Source: Microcoleus sp. | Lineage (GTDB): Bacteria; Cyanobacteriota; Cyanobacteriia; Cyanobacteriales; Microcoleaceae | DNA: 64,000 bases | Assembly: GCA_042408215.1 (NCBI GenBank) | Contig: JAYFMW010000030.1 | Location: 576,001 to 640,000, forward strand | Reading direction: 5' to 3' | The notes under the pieces: model-generated | The model's input: the letters and a program-made list of their open reading frames with translations, nothing else | Databases searched by the model: none | Told to the model about the DNA's origin: nothing | Position numbers and translations under genes: made by a program | In this document: positions 10,742-20,181 of the stretch, one piece after another | Layout: each line of letters opens with the position of its first letter | How positions within the stretch are numbered: the first letter of the stretch is position 1

Positions 10742-10926
10742 GGCTGAGTCACTCCTGAACTTGGGTGAGTTAGTTGGTGTTCGTGCTTTGTTCTTACTAG
10801 ATCATATCATTCTACACGAATGAAAGTAAGTTGCAGTAATGTTTCTAAATGTGTAATGCTAAAACCCTGTCTGCTGCCAGCAAGGCAAAAGTACAGCTAG
10901 CTTAAGACTTAAATTGGGTTTGTAAA

Positions 10927-11328
10927 ATGTCGGGATTTCTTGACTTTAAGGCTGTCGTCGAGCAGGAAAAACTACGCCCTGTGCGATTCACGGATACGGG
11001 ACGTGGTAGATTGGGTAAACTTCTGAACGCAGCTAGAGGGATTCGTGGCTGGTCAATCATTGAAACAGAAATGGTCACAAAAGAATACGAAGCCGCTCTA
11101 TTTCGGACCGCAGGAGATCCTGTACCAAAAGATGTCGGTATTAGTAATGCTACTGTTAGTCGCTACGAACGCGGGAAGCTAGAAAGTTTGGATTGGCGAT
11201 CGCTCAGTTTGTTATGCTTTGTACTTAAGCCGATCGACCCGGTGACAGGAGAAGCCCTCGAACCGACAAATGCGCTTTACATCGCTTGCGAACATCCGCC
11301 TTATAATGACGCGAAGCTCTATGAGTAG
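10927..11328 (+). CDS. XRE-family HTH regulator, cassette 3
   Basis: LGKLLNAARGIRGWSIIE...GISNATVSRYERG; C-terminal ~45 aa identical to cassette 2. Confidence 0.85.
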   Translation: MSGFLDFKAVVEQEKLRPVRFTDTGRGRLGKLLNAARGIRGWSIIETEMVTKEYEAALFRTAGDPVPKDVGISNATVSRYERGKLESLDWRSLSLLCFVLKPIDPVTGEALEPTNALYIACEHPPYNDAKLYE

Positions 11329-11378
11329 TTGATTTTACTGGACAAAAATAAACCATGTCATTGCGACGCACTGCGAAT

Positions 11379-12442
11379 AATGACATGGTTATGTTTATTT
11401 GTGTCGGACTACTTATTTAGTTGGATTTGGAGTTTTTAACCGCAGAGGGCGCAGAGGGCGCAGAGGAGGAGAAGTGAGAGATTAGTCATTCTGATACTAG
11501 CGGATTTGATATTACTTATTGCCCTTTTTCTTGGCCAGCTTTGCTTTGGCTTGCTGCCAAATTTCTTCTAGTTCTTCTACTGGATAATCGGATAACGGCC
11601 GATCGCACTTTTCTTCAACTAACCTAAACCGCTCCACAAACCGCTGATTTGTCCCCTGTAAACCTGACGATGGATCTAAACCGTACCACCGAGCTAGTTG
11701 AATTAACACAAACATAATATCTCCTAATCACTAACAATGACATGGTTACTTTTATTTGTGTCGGACTACTTATTTAGTTGGATTTGGAGTTTTTAACCGC
11801 AGAGGGCGCAGAGGGCGCAGAGGAGGAGAAGTGAGAGATTAGTCATTCTGATACTAGCGGATTTGATATTACTTATTGCCCTTTTTCTTGGCCAGCTTTG
11901 CTTTGGCTTGCTGCCAAATTTCTTCTAGTTCTTCTACTGGATAATCGGATAACGGCCGATCTCACTTTTCTTCAACTAAGCTAAACCGCTCCACAAACCG
12001 CTGATTTGTCCCCTGTAAACCTGACGATGGATCTAAACCGTACCACCGAGCTAGTTGAATTAACGCAAACATAATATCTCCTAATCACTAACAATGACAT
12101 GGTTACTTTTATTTGTGTCGGACTACTTATTTAGTTGGATTTGGAGTTTTTAACCGCAGAGGGCGCAGAGGGCGCAGAGGAGGAGAAGTGAGAGATTAGT
12201 CATTCTGATACTAGCGGATTTGATATTACTTATTGCCCTTTTTCTTGGCCAGCTTTGCTTTGGCTTGCTGCCAAATTTCTTCTAGTTCTTCTACTGGATA
12301 ATCGGATAACGGCCGATCGCACTTTTCTTCAACTAACCTAAACCGCTCCACAAACCGCTGATTTGTCCCCTGTAAAGCTGACGACGCATCTAAACCATAC
12401 CACCGAGCTAGTTGAATTAACACAAACATAATATCTCCTAAT
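11379..12442. repeat. 357-bp tandem triplication containing the 3' end of mazG
   Basis: GTGTCGGACTAC at 11401, 11758 and 12115; two extra mazG 3' fragments at about 11512..11728 and 11869..12085. Confidence 0.95.
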
Positions 12443-13053
12443 TCTGACTGCTGCGCTTCTTTGTCTTCATGTTTGAGAGCCTGTTCAAATTCTGCCATTT
12501 CTTCGTGAAATTTATCCCAAACACCGTCTACTCTGTCCCAATCAAAACTCGCTTCTGCCGCTTTTTGAGAGATTTTCATCCCGGCGGCGATCGGAGGTAA
12601 TGTGCTAGCATAACGGCTCATTTTTGATGCTACAGTTGGCTTTTGCGAGGTTTCGCCTTTTTCTGCTGCTTTGATTTTTTCCCAGTTTTCGTTGACTTCA
12701 TCTACGCTTTTGATCTCGACATCGCCGAAGACGTGGGGATGTCGCCGAATTAGTTTTTCTGTAATCCCATTGGCGATTTCTGCGAGGGTGAATTGACTGG
12801 TTTCGCTGGCAATTTGAGCTTGGAGCACTACTTGTAAGAGTAAGTCTCCTAATTCTTCGGCGATCGCATCTTTTTCCCCCCGACGAATCGCATCGGCGAC
12901 TTCATAAGCTTCTTCGATAATATGGGGAATTAGGGTTTGGGGCGTTTGGGCTAAATCCCAAGGACATCCGCCCTCGGGATCTCGCAATTTTGCTACAACT
13001 TCGATTAATTTTTCCACTGCTATGAGCGATCGACTTTCAGAATTAGACATCAT
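12226..13053 (-). CDS. mazG: Nucleoside triphosphate pyrophosphohydrolase
   Basis: GCPWDLAQT, EEAYEV, EELGDLLLQV, RRHPHVF. Confidence 0.95.
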   Translation of the reverse strand: MMSNSESRSLIAVEKLIEVVAKLRDPEGGCPWDLAQTPQTLIPHIIEEAYEVADAIRRGEKDAIAEELGDLLLQVVLQAQIASETSQFTLAEIANGITEKLIRRHPHVFGDVEIKSVDEVNENWEKIKAAEKGETSQKPTVASKMSRYASTLPPIAAGMKISQKAAEASFDWDRVDGVWDKFHEEMAEFEQALKHEDKEAQQSELGDIMFVLIQLARWYGLDASSALQGTNQRFVERFRLVEEKCDRPLSDYPVEELEEIWQQAKAKLAKKKGNK

Positions 13054-13126
13054 AATTTACCTTATTTACCTTTTCTAGCAACCTTCTCGCCGCTTAGGAC
13101 ATTGTTAATCGCCCAAACCATTGATT

Positions 13127-13783
13127 TTATTGCTTCTTCCTTCTTTGTACTCTGAGCGCATTCCCCGGGCCTTCTTCCTTTTTCTTTCTGACTTCTACTA
13201 TGGATTTGCTAGATGTGTGAATGGGAGCTTTGCGTTTGCGCCTCTTAATTGGGCTTGGAGGCCGCCACCCGCTCAATCCTTTCTTTTTGAATCTTTTGTA
13301 AGCAGAGCCACCCCAATCGCTTAGATAGTGGCTCATAGCGCCCAATTCTAAGCCGATGTAAACCGTCAAAAGTTCAATGTGGTATTGAGCGATCGATCGC
13401 CAACAACTTAAAACCACTTCCTCCCAATTCCATCCAGGGTTTCCGACTGTTTGAGCAATTGTCAATCCAAATATCCCCACAAACCCGATCCAGGTAGTCA
13501 GGTACAATATTCGCAAAGCAGTGCCAATTAGAGGGCCGTGAGACAGGAAAGAGCGATGGCGCAGGCTTTTCTGGTACGGGAGCCAAATCGGCCGCAACCA
13601 TCCCCAGCGCTGATACTGACAGGAGTAGATGTCTAAGTCTGGCCCAAACATCAGCCCGCCAAATAAAAAGCTGCTGGAAACCAGCAAAGTCAGATTGCTG
13701 CTTTGAGTCTGGCCAAATGTGAGTGCTGCTACAAAGGGCAAACTCCACAGGGTTATGCGATCGTGGGTGTAGCCAGAGGGCAT
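13127..13783 (-). CDS. DUF2227-like membrane metal-binding protein
   Basis: MPSGYTHD, GPDLD, HRSFLSHGP, SHYLSD motifs. Confidence 0.8.
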   Translation of the reverse strand: MPSGYTHDRITLWSLPFVAALTFGQTQSSNLTLLVSSSFLFGGLMFGPDLDIYSCQYQRWGWLRPIWLPYQKSLRHRSFLSHGPLIGTALRILYLTTWIGFVGIFGLTIAQTVGNPGWNWEEVVLSCWRSIAQYHIELLTVYIGLELGAMSHYLSDWGGSAYKRFKKKGLSGWRPPSPIKRRKRKAPIHTSSKSIVEVRKKKEEGPGNALRVQRRKKQ

Positions 13784-13854
13784 TTAAAGTTTAGGATTTT
13801 TTTATTTGATTTTTCTGAGATACTGTGATATGATAAATCCTTGTGAGTGCAAAT

Positions 13855-13926
13855 GGGCGATTAGCTCAGTGGTAGAGCGCCTGCTTTACACGCAGGATGC
13901 CGTAGGTTCAAATCCTACATCGCCCA
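13855..13926 (+). tRNA. trnV: tRNA-Val(TAC)
   Basis: GGGCGAT/ATCGCCC acceptor stem, CCTGC-TT-TAC-AC-GCAGG anticodon arm, GGTTCAAATCC T arm. Confidence 0.97.
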
Positions 13927-14029
13927 TCCGATAACTCAATATCTACAGTTTCAGCCGTTTTTCGCCCTCCAGCGGAGAACGGCTGACATTGTATTGGATG
14001 ACGGTTGACTGGTGATGCTTGGGTGTTGT

Positions 14030-14135
14030 CATATCTAATCCGGTAGCATCGGAATTATTCATCTCTCTCTTCTCTCCCTCTGCGCCCTCTGGCGCTGGAG
14101 CGGTTAAATCATTCCGATGCAACCGGAAACGATAT
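14030..14135. repeat. Dispersed inverted-repeat element (CCGGTWGCATCGGAAT...ATTCCGATGCAACCGG) with CTCTGCGCC cargo
   Basis: Near-identical copy at 42716..42822; relatives at about 11410-11510 (x3), around the 20.2-21.7 kb IS and at 59640-59770. Confidence 0.8.
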
Positions 14136-14341
14136 CAGTTGGATTTGGTGATGACTATAGCAACCGCGCCCGGTGCCACCGGATCGTCTTAATTGCTGAA
14201 ACCATTACTGGGAATTGCATTTCCCTTCTTCCTTCTTCCTTCGGCTGTAAATTCAACATTCTGTGGCGGATGTCAGCAAAGTTGGCACTCGATGTTGGAA
14301 AATTAATTAATTCATTGATTTTCTTTTTTACAATCCTGTAT

Positions 14342-14725
14342 ATGAAGCCGAAAATAACTAGCCCGATCGCATGGCAGCAAGCTGAACTGCTGATGCAGCC
14401 CGCCCTGATTCGAGTGCTCGACAATATCCGCAAACAACTAGAAGAGTCTGTTTGGACAGGGACTTATCAAGAGGTGCACACTCCATTTCCTGGCTATCAA
14501 CTAATTTTAGAGCGACAAGGCGATCGAAGGTGCGTCGATATTTGGGAACTTTGCTATCGAGTCTGTTTTGTTAACTACCAACCAGCTCACTCTGATATGC
14601 AAAGTCAGGAAGTTGAAATTGATCCTCTTTTGATTGAGGAGGATACTGGCGATGTAGATTGGATTCGTCTAGATGCTAAAACTAGCCAATTAATACAGGA
14701 AATATTCGCTAATTTGGCTAATTAG
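14342..14725 (+). CDS. Conserved cyanobacterial hypothetical protein
   Basis: MKPKITSPIAWQQAELLMQPALIRVLDNIRK; the upstream extension in the ORF track runs out of a repeat. Confidence 0.75.
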   Translation: MKPKITSPIAWQQAELLMQPALIRVLDNIRKQLEESVWTGTYQEVHTPFPGYQLILERQGDRRCVDIWELCYRVCFVNYQPAHSDMQSQEVEIDPLLIEEDTGDVDWIRLDAKTSQLIQEIFANLAN

Positions 14726-14935
14726 TCATTGGTCATTGGTCATTGGTCATTGGTCATTAGTCATTAGTCATCAGTCATTAGTCATTAGTCATCAGTCATT
14801 AGTCATTAGTCATTAGTCATCAGTCATCAGTCATTAGTCATTAGTCATCAGTCATCAGTCATCAGTCATTAGTCATTAGTCATTAGTCATTAGTCATCAG
14901 TCAACAGTCAACAGTTAACAGTCAACAGTCAACAA
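14723..14935. repeat. STRR-type heptamer tandem repeat (TTAGTCA/TCAGTCA/ACAGTCA)
   Basis: About 30 heptamers visible directly. Confidence 0.95.
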
Positions 14936-14941
14936 AATCTT

Positions 14942-15994
14942 ATGCTGATTCAGGAATTGCAAGACATTCAAGCATCCGCAGGTGCTATCTTTGGTGAGTT
15001 AACAACCGGAGAAACAGTCCCTGTTACTTTTGGGAATGATCCAGCCGCCATCGCCGCAACTAAAGAAAGTGTAGCTTTGTGCGATCGCACTTATTGGGGA
15101 CGCATTCAAATTTCTGATAGCGATCGCCTACGGTTTTTGCACAATCAAACTACTAATAATTTCAATATACTCAAACCCGGTCAAGGTTGCGACACCGTTT
15201 TCGTGACTTTCACCGCGCGCACGATCGATCTCGCCACCGCCTATGCTACAGAAGATGCTGTGCTGCTGTTAGTTTCTCCCAACCGCCGCCAACAATTGCT
15301 CGAATTACTCGATCGCTATATTTTCCCAATGGATCGCGTAGAATTAACAGATTTAACTGATACAACTGTTAGTTTCAGTCTCCTCGGCCCGGAAAGTATT
15401 AAGTTCCTCGAAAAACTCGGAGTTAGCGAACTGGAAAATCAACCCTATGCTACTCACAAATTAATAAAATTTGCAGGAAGAGACGTCAGAGTTGCTGTTG
15501 GTAGCGGTTTAGCATCTCCTGGATACACCTTAATTGCGTCAGCCAGCGATGCAGCTAACTTGTGGCATGAATTAGTCGAAGCTGGGGCCGTACCAATGGG
15601 CGATCGCATCTGGGAACAACTGCGAATAGAACAAGGCCGCCCCGCAGTAGATTTTGAACTCACAGATGATTACAACCCCCTAGAAGCAAGACTTTTACAC
15701 ACGATTACCTATGATAAAGGCTGCTACATTGGTCAAGAAACAATTGCTCGATTGAACACCTACAAAGGAGTCAAACAGCAACTTTGGGGCGTGCAATTGA
15801 GCGGTGCTGTTGAACCGGGTACTGTAGTTACAATCGGAGAGGAAAAAGTCGGAAAAATTACCAGTTTTACTGAAACAGAATCTGGCTTTTTTGGTCTGGC
15901 TTACATCCGCACAAAGGCTGGAGGCGAAGGATTGAAAGTACAGGTGGGAGAAATTTATGGGGAAGTGGTAAATGTGCCTTTTTTAAGTTTATAG
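14942..15994 (+). CDS. ygfZ: Folate-binding Fe-S repair protein (GcvT/YgfZ family)
   Basis: KGCYIGQE signature. Confidence 0.9.
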   Translation: MLIQELQDIQASAGAIFGELTTGETVPVTFGNDPAAIAATKESVALCDRTYWGRIQISDSDRLRFLHNQTTNNFNILKPGQGCDTVFVTFTARTIDLATAYATEDAVLLLVSPNRRQQLLELLDRYIFPMDRVELTDLTDTTVSFSLLGPESIKFLEKLGVSELENQPYATHKLIKFAGRDVRVAVGSGLASPGYTLIASASDAANLWHELVEAGAVPMGDRIWEQLRIEQGRPAVDFELTDDYNPLEARLLHTITYDKGCYIGQETIARLNTYKGVKQQLWGVQLSGAVEPGTVVTIGEEKVGKITSFTETESGFFGLAYIRTKAGGEGLKVQVGEIYGEVVNVPFLSL

Positions 15995-16128
15995 CCGAAG
16001 GAAGGAGGAATCAGGAATAAAGTGTTCATAAGATTTTTTCACCGCAGATAAACGCCAATAAACGCCGATGCAATTCCATCGGCGTTCATCTGTGTTGATC
16101 CGCTGATATCTGCGGTGAAAAAAAGTCC

Positions 16129-16635
16129 TTATTTTGCCGATTTATGTGCTTTGTTTTCAGGTTCTGGAGATTGCAAAGCTTCGTCAAGAATTGCACGGGC
16201 CCCCTCGGCTTTACTCCTAGCATCTCGATAGCGGACTTGAGCTTGAGCGAAGTTTTTGAGAACCTTGAAACCGTCTTTGAGACTGCTGATTTCCTCAGCA
16301 TTTACAGGCTCATCTGTAAACAAAATGTCGATCGCAGCCCGGATTTTCAGTGCTTCTTCGCGGGATTCCATTACCTTCAATTTGAGACTTGCCAAATTGC
16401 TCAGAATCTGTACTGCTTCAGTAATCGCGTCTTCGCCTTCAGACGCAGCATCTTCCATCTCTTTAACTTCGACAAACTGTTTTGGCCCAAATCCTTCTTT
16501 GAGATCCGTAGGTAGTTGACCAGCATCCATGAGCTCCATCAGCTTATCCATCGCTTCTTCGCGGGCTTTGGCTGAATCTTTCCCTTTGACAGTTAAAATA
16601 ATTTCGGGGCTTTGAGGAAGTGTATAGCGAACCAT
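16129..16635 (-). CDS. Conserved cyanobacterial hypothetical coiled-coil protein
   Basis: MVRYTLPQSPEIILTVKGKDSAKAREEAM; long helical ORF. Confidence 0.7.
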   Translation of the reverse strand: MVRYTLPQSPEIILTVKGKDSAKAREEAMDKLMELMDAGQLPTDLKEGFGPKQFVEVKEMEDAASEGEDAITEAVQILSNLASLKLKVMESREEALKIRAAIDILFTDEPVNAEEISSLKDGFKVLKNFAQAQVRYRDARSKAEGARAILDEALQSPEPENKAHKSAK

Positions 16636-16773
16636 ATTTTGATAGCCTGTGCGCGACAACAATTAATGATATTTTATCTTTATTCGATCGCCAGTTGCAG
16701 CTATCAATCCCGCCAACTGGCTAACCGCTTGCCAAAAGTTGACACATATACACTCAAAAGGAACACTAAAATA

Positions 16774-17016
16774 ATGAAAGATAAATTTCTTAACTGGCTC
16801 AACATATTTTTAGTCGCTGACGTATTTTTCGTCTTTGCTAGCTTTGCGTGGTTTGCGATCGCAGTATTAGGTCGATCGACCGGCGTGAATCTCGGTTTCG
16901 ATCTGTGGTACAGTCTGTGGCAGCCCGTATTTAATCCCGCCCTCGGAATTCTCATGGGTGGCGCTATTCTGAGCGGCATTATTAATCAGATTTCTAAGCG
17001 CCTCAATCCCAAGTAA
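16774..17016 (+). CDS. Small two-TM membrane protein
   Basis: MKDKFLNWLN...; two hydrophobic segments. Confidence 0.7.
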   Translation: MKDKFLNWLNIFLVADVFFVFASFAWFAIAVLGRSTGVNLGFDLWYSLWQPVFNPALGILMGGAILSGIINQISKRLNPK

Positions 17017-17156
17017 GATTTTGGTAAACAGCCTCTTTCCAGAAAGTTCGATCGCCCGCCTGTCAGTTTTGATGCCACAGAGGTACGATGGAACCTAGGG
17101 AGGATGCCAGGCCTGGTACGGTTAAGCTTGGCGAGAATACCCACAGGAAGGGAAAA

Positions 17157-18584
17157 ATGACACTTAACTTGCGGCGACCGGTTTTAATTGGCGGAATAGG
17201 ACTTTCAGCAGCACTGTGGCTGTTGGAAAGTCTACAGCACTCTGGCTCAGAAATGGGCGAAACGGCACTCATCGGCTTGGTGGCAGCTAGTGCGGGATAC
17301 TGGTGGTGGCAGCGACAATCGCCCAAACTTGAACTCGCACTCCCGCAACCCCTGGCAAGTCGGGAAGCAGCCGAAAAAGCAATCGCGACTTCAGAAGCTG
17401 CAATTAATTTGCTAGCCTCAGAAGCTCAAAACTCCCCAGATCCTGCTCATCTAAAAGCACAGCTCGATCGACTAACCGCCGAATTAGACCGACAAGATTT
17501 GCGGATTAGCATCACTGGCGGCAAAGCTGTAGGCAAAACTGCCTTAATTCAAGTTTTAAATTCTAATTGGGCATCCCAACACTCACAAAAACTGAGTTTT
17601 CAAGAAACAGCCCCGCTATTTATTAATACGACGAATGCCGATGCCAAAATCAGCGATGATTTAGTGCTGTTTGTAACATCTGGCGACATCACGGATTCAG
17701 AATTTAAAACATTATCTCAGCTAGCCTCCGCCGGTCAGCGCTTGCTGTTAGTGTGGAACAAACAAGACCAATATTTACCGACTCAGCAGTCGCAAATTTT
17801 GCATTCTTTGCAGCAAAGAATGCAAGGAATACTGGGTACAGAAGATATAATTGCGATCGCAGCTTCCCCCAATTCGATTAAAGTGCGGCAGCACCAACCG
17901 GACGGCACTTTTCAAGAACGGATGGAAAATCAAGTCTCTCAAATTCAGCCGCTGACAGCAAGATTGACTCAAATCTTAACTCAAGAAAGTCAACAATTGG
18001 TCTGGGCTAACACAGTGCGATCGGCAGCAACAGTCAAATTAGAGGCGAAAACTCTATTAAATGCAGTCAGAGGCGATCGAGCTTTTCCCATCATCGAACA
18101 ATATCAGTACATCGCAGCCGCCGCCGTCTTTGCTAATCCCGTTCCCGCCTTAGACTTGCTCGCAACAACAGCCATCAGCACCCAACTTGTAATCGACCTC
18201 GGCGCTATCTACCAGCAAAAGTTTTCCTTAGACCAAGCTAAGGCAGTAGCGGCAACTTTGGCAAGCCAAATGTTCAAATTGGGATTAGTAGAACTCTCAA
18301 CTCAAACTATTACTGGACTTCTCAAAACCAATGCCGTCACCTTTGTCGCCGGAGGCGCAGTGCAGGGAATTAGTGCAGCCTATTTTACCAGAATCGCTGG
18401 ACTAAGTTTAATTGAATATTTCCAAAGTCGATCCCTGGAAAATTCTGTTAATGGTAGCTTAAATATTGACCAGTTGACTAAAACTTTGCAAGCAGTATTT
18501 AAGCAAAATCAGCAAATTTCCTTCTTGCAATCTTTCATCAACCAAATTGCGAGTAGCCTCTCGCCTCAAACATCCATCCGTTAA
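17157..18584 (+). CDS. DUF697/YcjF-associated degenerate GTPase
   Basis: GGKAVGKT, TSGDITDSE, WNKQD, NPVPALDL. Confidence 0.8.
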   Translation: MTLNLRRPVLIGGIGLSAALWLLESLQHSGSEMGETALIGLVAASAGYWWWQRQSPKLELALPQPLASREAAEKAIATSEAAINLLASEAQNSPDPAHLKAQLDRLTAELDRQDLRISITGGKAVGKTALIQVLNSNWASQHSQKLSFQETAPLFINTTNADAKISDDLVLFVTSGDITDSEFKTLSQLASAGQRLLLVWNKQDQYLPTQQSQILHSLQQRMQGILGTEDIIAIAASPNSIKVRQHQPDGTFQERMENQVSQIQPLTARLTQILTQESQQLVWANTVRSAATVKLEAKTLLNAVRGDRAFPIIEQYQYIAAAAVFANPVPALDLLATTAISTQLVIDLGAIYQQKFSLDQAKAVAATLASQMFKLGLVELSTQTITGLLKTNAVTFVAGGAVQGISAAYFTRIAGLSLIEYFQSRSLENSVNGSLNIDQLTKTLQAVFKQNQQISFLQSFINQIASSLSPQTSIR

Positions 18585-18617
18585 ATCCGTTACACAATCC
18601 GCTGCCGAACTTCTCCA

Positions 18618-20090
18618 ATGGCTGACAATTCCATTCAAGAAAATCGCTTATCCCTCGCCCGCGCCAGTTTGCGCCTCGCCCTGGCGCGCTATTCTCACCT
18701 ACGCCAAATCAAAAAAGACTCGAATACAGACTCGAATACAGAATTAGAAGCGGCACTGCAAAATCAGTTAGATATCTTAACTTACACCTCCGAAAAACTC
18801 GACCACAGCGTCATTCGCATCGCTACTTTCGGCTTAGTTAGTCGCGGCAAATCAGCAGTATTAAATGCACTTTTAGGTCAAAAAATTCTGCAAACAGGCC
18901 CTCTCAATGGCGTTACCCAATGGCCGCGATCCGTGCGCTGGCCAGTGCCTTTATCCCTGAATAACGGGGAGTCATCCGCAGTGCAAGTCGAATTAATTGA
19001 TACACCCGGAATTGATGAAGTTGGCGGCGAAGTGCGCGGGGAAATGGCGAAACAAGTAACTCGTCAAGCAGACTTAATTTTGTTTGTTGTTGCCGGTGAT
19101 ATCACCCGCACTGAATATCAAGCACTGTGCGAATTACAAACAGCTCAAAAACCGCTGATTTTAGTTTTTAATAAAATTGACCTCTATCCAGAATTAGACA
19201 GAAAAGCTATTTACAAAAGTTTGCAAGCCCTGGGAAATGCCGAAAAGTTAGCAGCCGATGCGGTGACAGATAAATCAGATAGCGAAAATTTGTCCCCAAA
19301 CAATCCCTCACCTAAATCTGCTACAAAATCGCCTACAAAATCCGCTCCTAAAAATGCCAAATCTTTAGAAATAGTGATGATAGCTGCGGAACCGGCACCG
19401 ATGCAGGTACGAATTGAATGGCCCGATGGCAGAATTACTCACGAATGGGAGTCGCCGCCACCGCAGGTAGACGAGCTCAAACAGAAAATTTTGACGATTC
19501 TTAACCGAGAAGGTCGATCGCTCCTAGCTCTCAATGCTTTAATGGAAGCTAGAGATGCTGAAGCAAATATAGCCCATCAAATTCTCAAATTGCGACAAAC
19601 AGAAGCCGAAGATTTAATCTGGCAATTTGCCAAATATAAAGCTCTAGCTGTTGGCTTAAATCCCATTGCTTTCCTCGACGTCATGGGAGCAACTGTCGCC
19701 GATTTAGCCTTAATTCGCTCTTTATCCAGACTTTACGGTTTACCCATGACTGGTTACGAAGCGGGGAAACTTTGGCAAACTATTTTCTCTAGTGCTGGTG
19801 GCGTACTTTTGGGAGAATTGGGTAGCAGTTTTCTCTTGGGATTCGGCAAAAGTGCAGCCATTGCTGCTCCCCAAATCGGCTTTTCTACTTTTGCAGGAGT
19901 TGCAGTTACTCAAGCTAGTTTAGCAGCTTATGGAACCTATGCTGTCGGTCGCGCCGCCCAAGTTTATTTAGAAAAAGGCTGCACTTGGGGTCCCCTGGGA
20001 CAAGATACAGTAATTCAAGAAATTCTCGGCACCATAGAACGAGATACAATTATCGATCGCCTACAGCAAGAATTCAAAAGTCATCAGTGA
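18618..20090 (+). CDS. Era-like GTP-binding protein with DUF697
   Basis: GLVSRGKS, DTPG, FNKID, NPIAFLD. Confidence 0.85.
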   Translation: MADNSIQENRLSLARASLRLALARYSHLRQIKKDSNTDSNTELEAALQNQLDILTYTSEKLDHSVIRIATFGLVSRGKSAVLNALLGQKILQTGPLNGVTQWPRSVRWPVPLSLNNGESSAVQVELIDTPGIDEVGGEVRGEMAKQVTRQADLILFVVAGDITRTEYQALCELQTAQKPLILVFNKIDLYPELDRKAIYKSLQALGNAEKLAADAVTDKSDSENLSPNNPSPKSATKSPTKSAPKNAKSLEIVMIAAEPAPMQVRIEWPDGRITHEWESPPPQVDELKQKILTILNREGRSLLALNALMEARDAEANIAHQILKLRQTEAEDLIWQFAKYKALAVGLNPIAFLDVMGATVADLALIRSLSRLYGLPMTGYEAGKLWQTIFSSAGGVLLGELGSSFLLGFGKSAAIAAPQIGFSTFAGVAVTQASLAAYGTYAVGRAAQVYLEKGCTWGPLGQDTVIQEILGTIERDTIIDRLQQEFKSHQ

Positions 20091-20181
20091 TCTCAATTCC
20101 GGCTGCGCCGGAATGATCTACCGAAACAGCGTCAAAAGTGCAACGAGGACAAGTTATATCAAATGTTGACATCGGAATTAT

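Noticed and set aside
11512..11715. 67-aa ORF as an independent gene
   Set aside because: Duplicated mazG 3' fragment lacking the N-terminal catalytic region.
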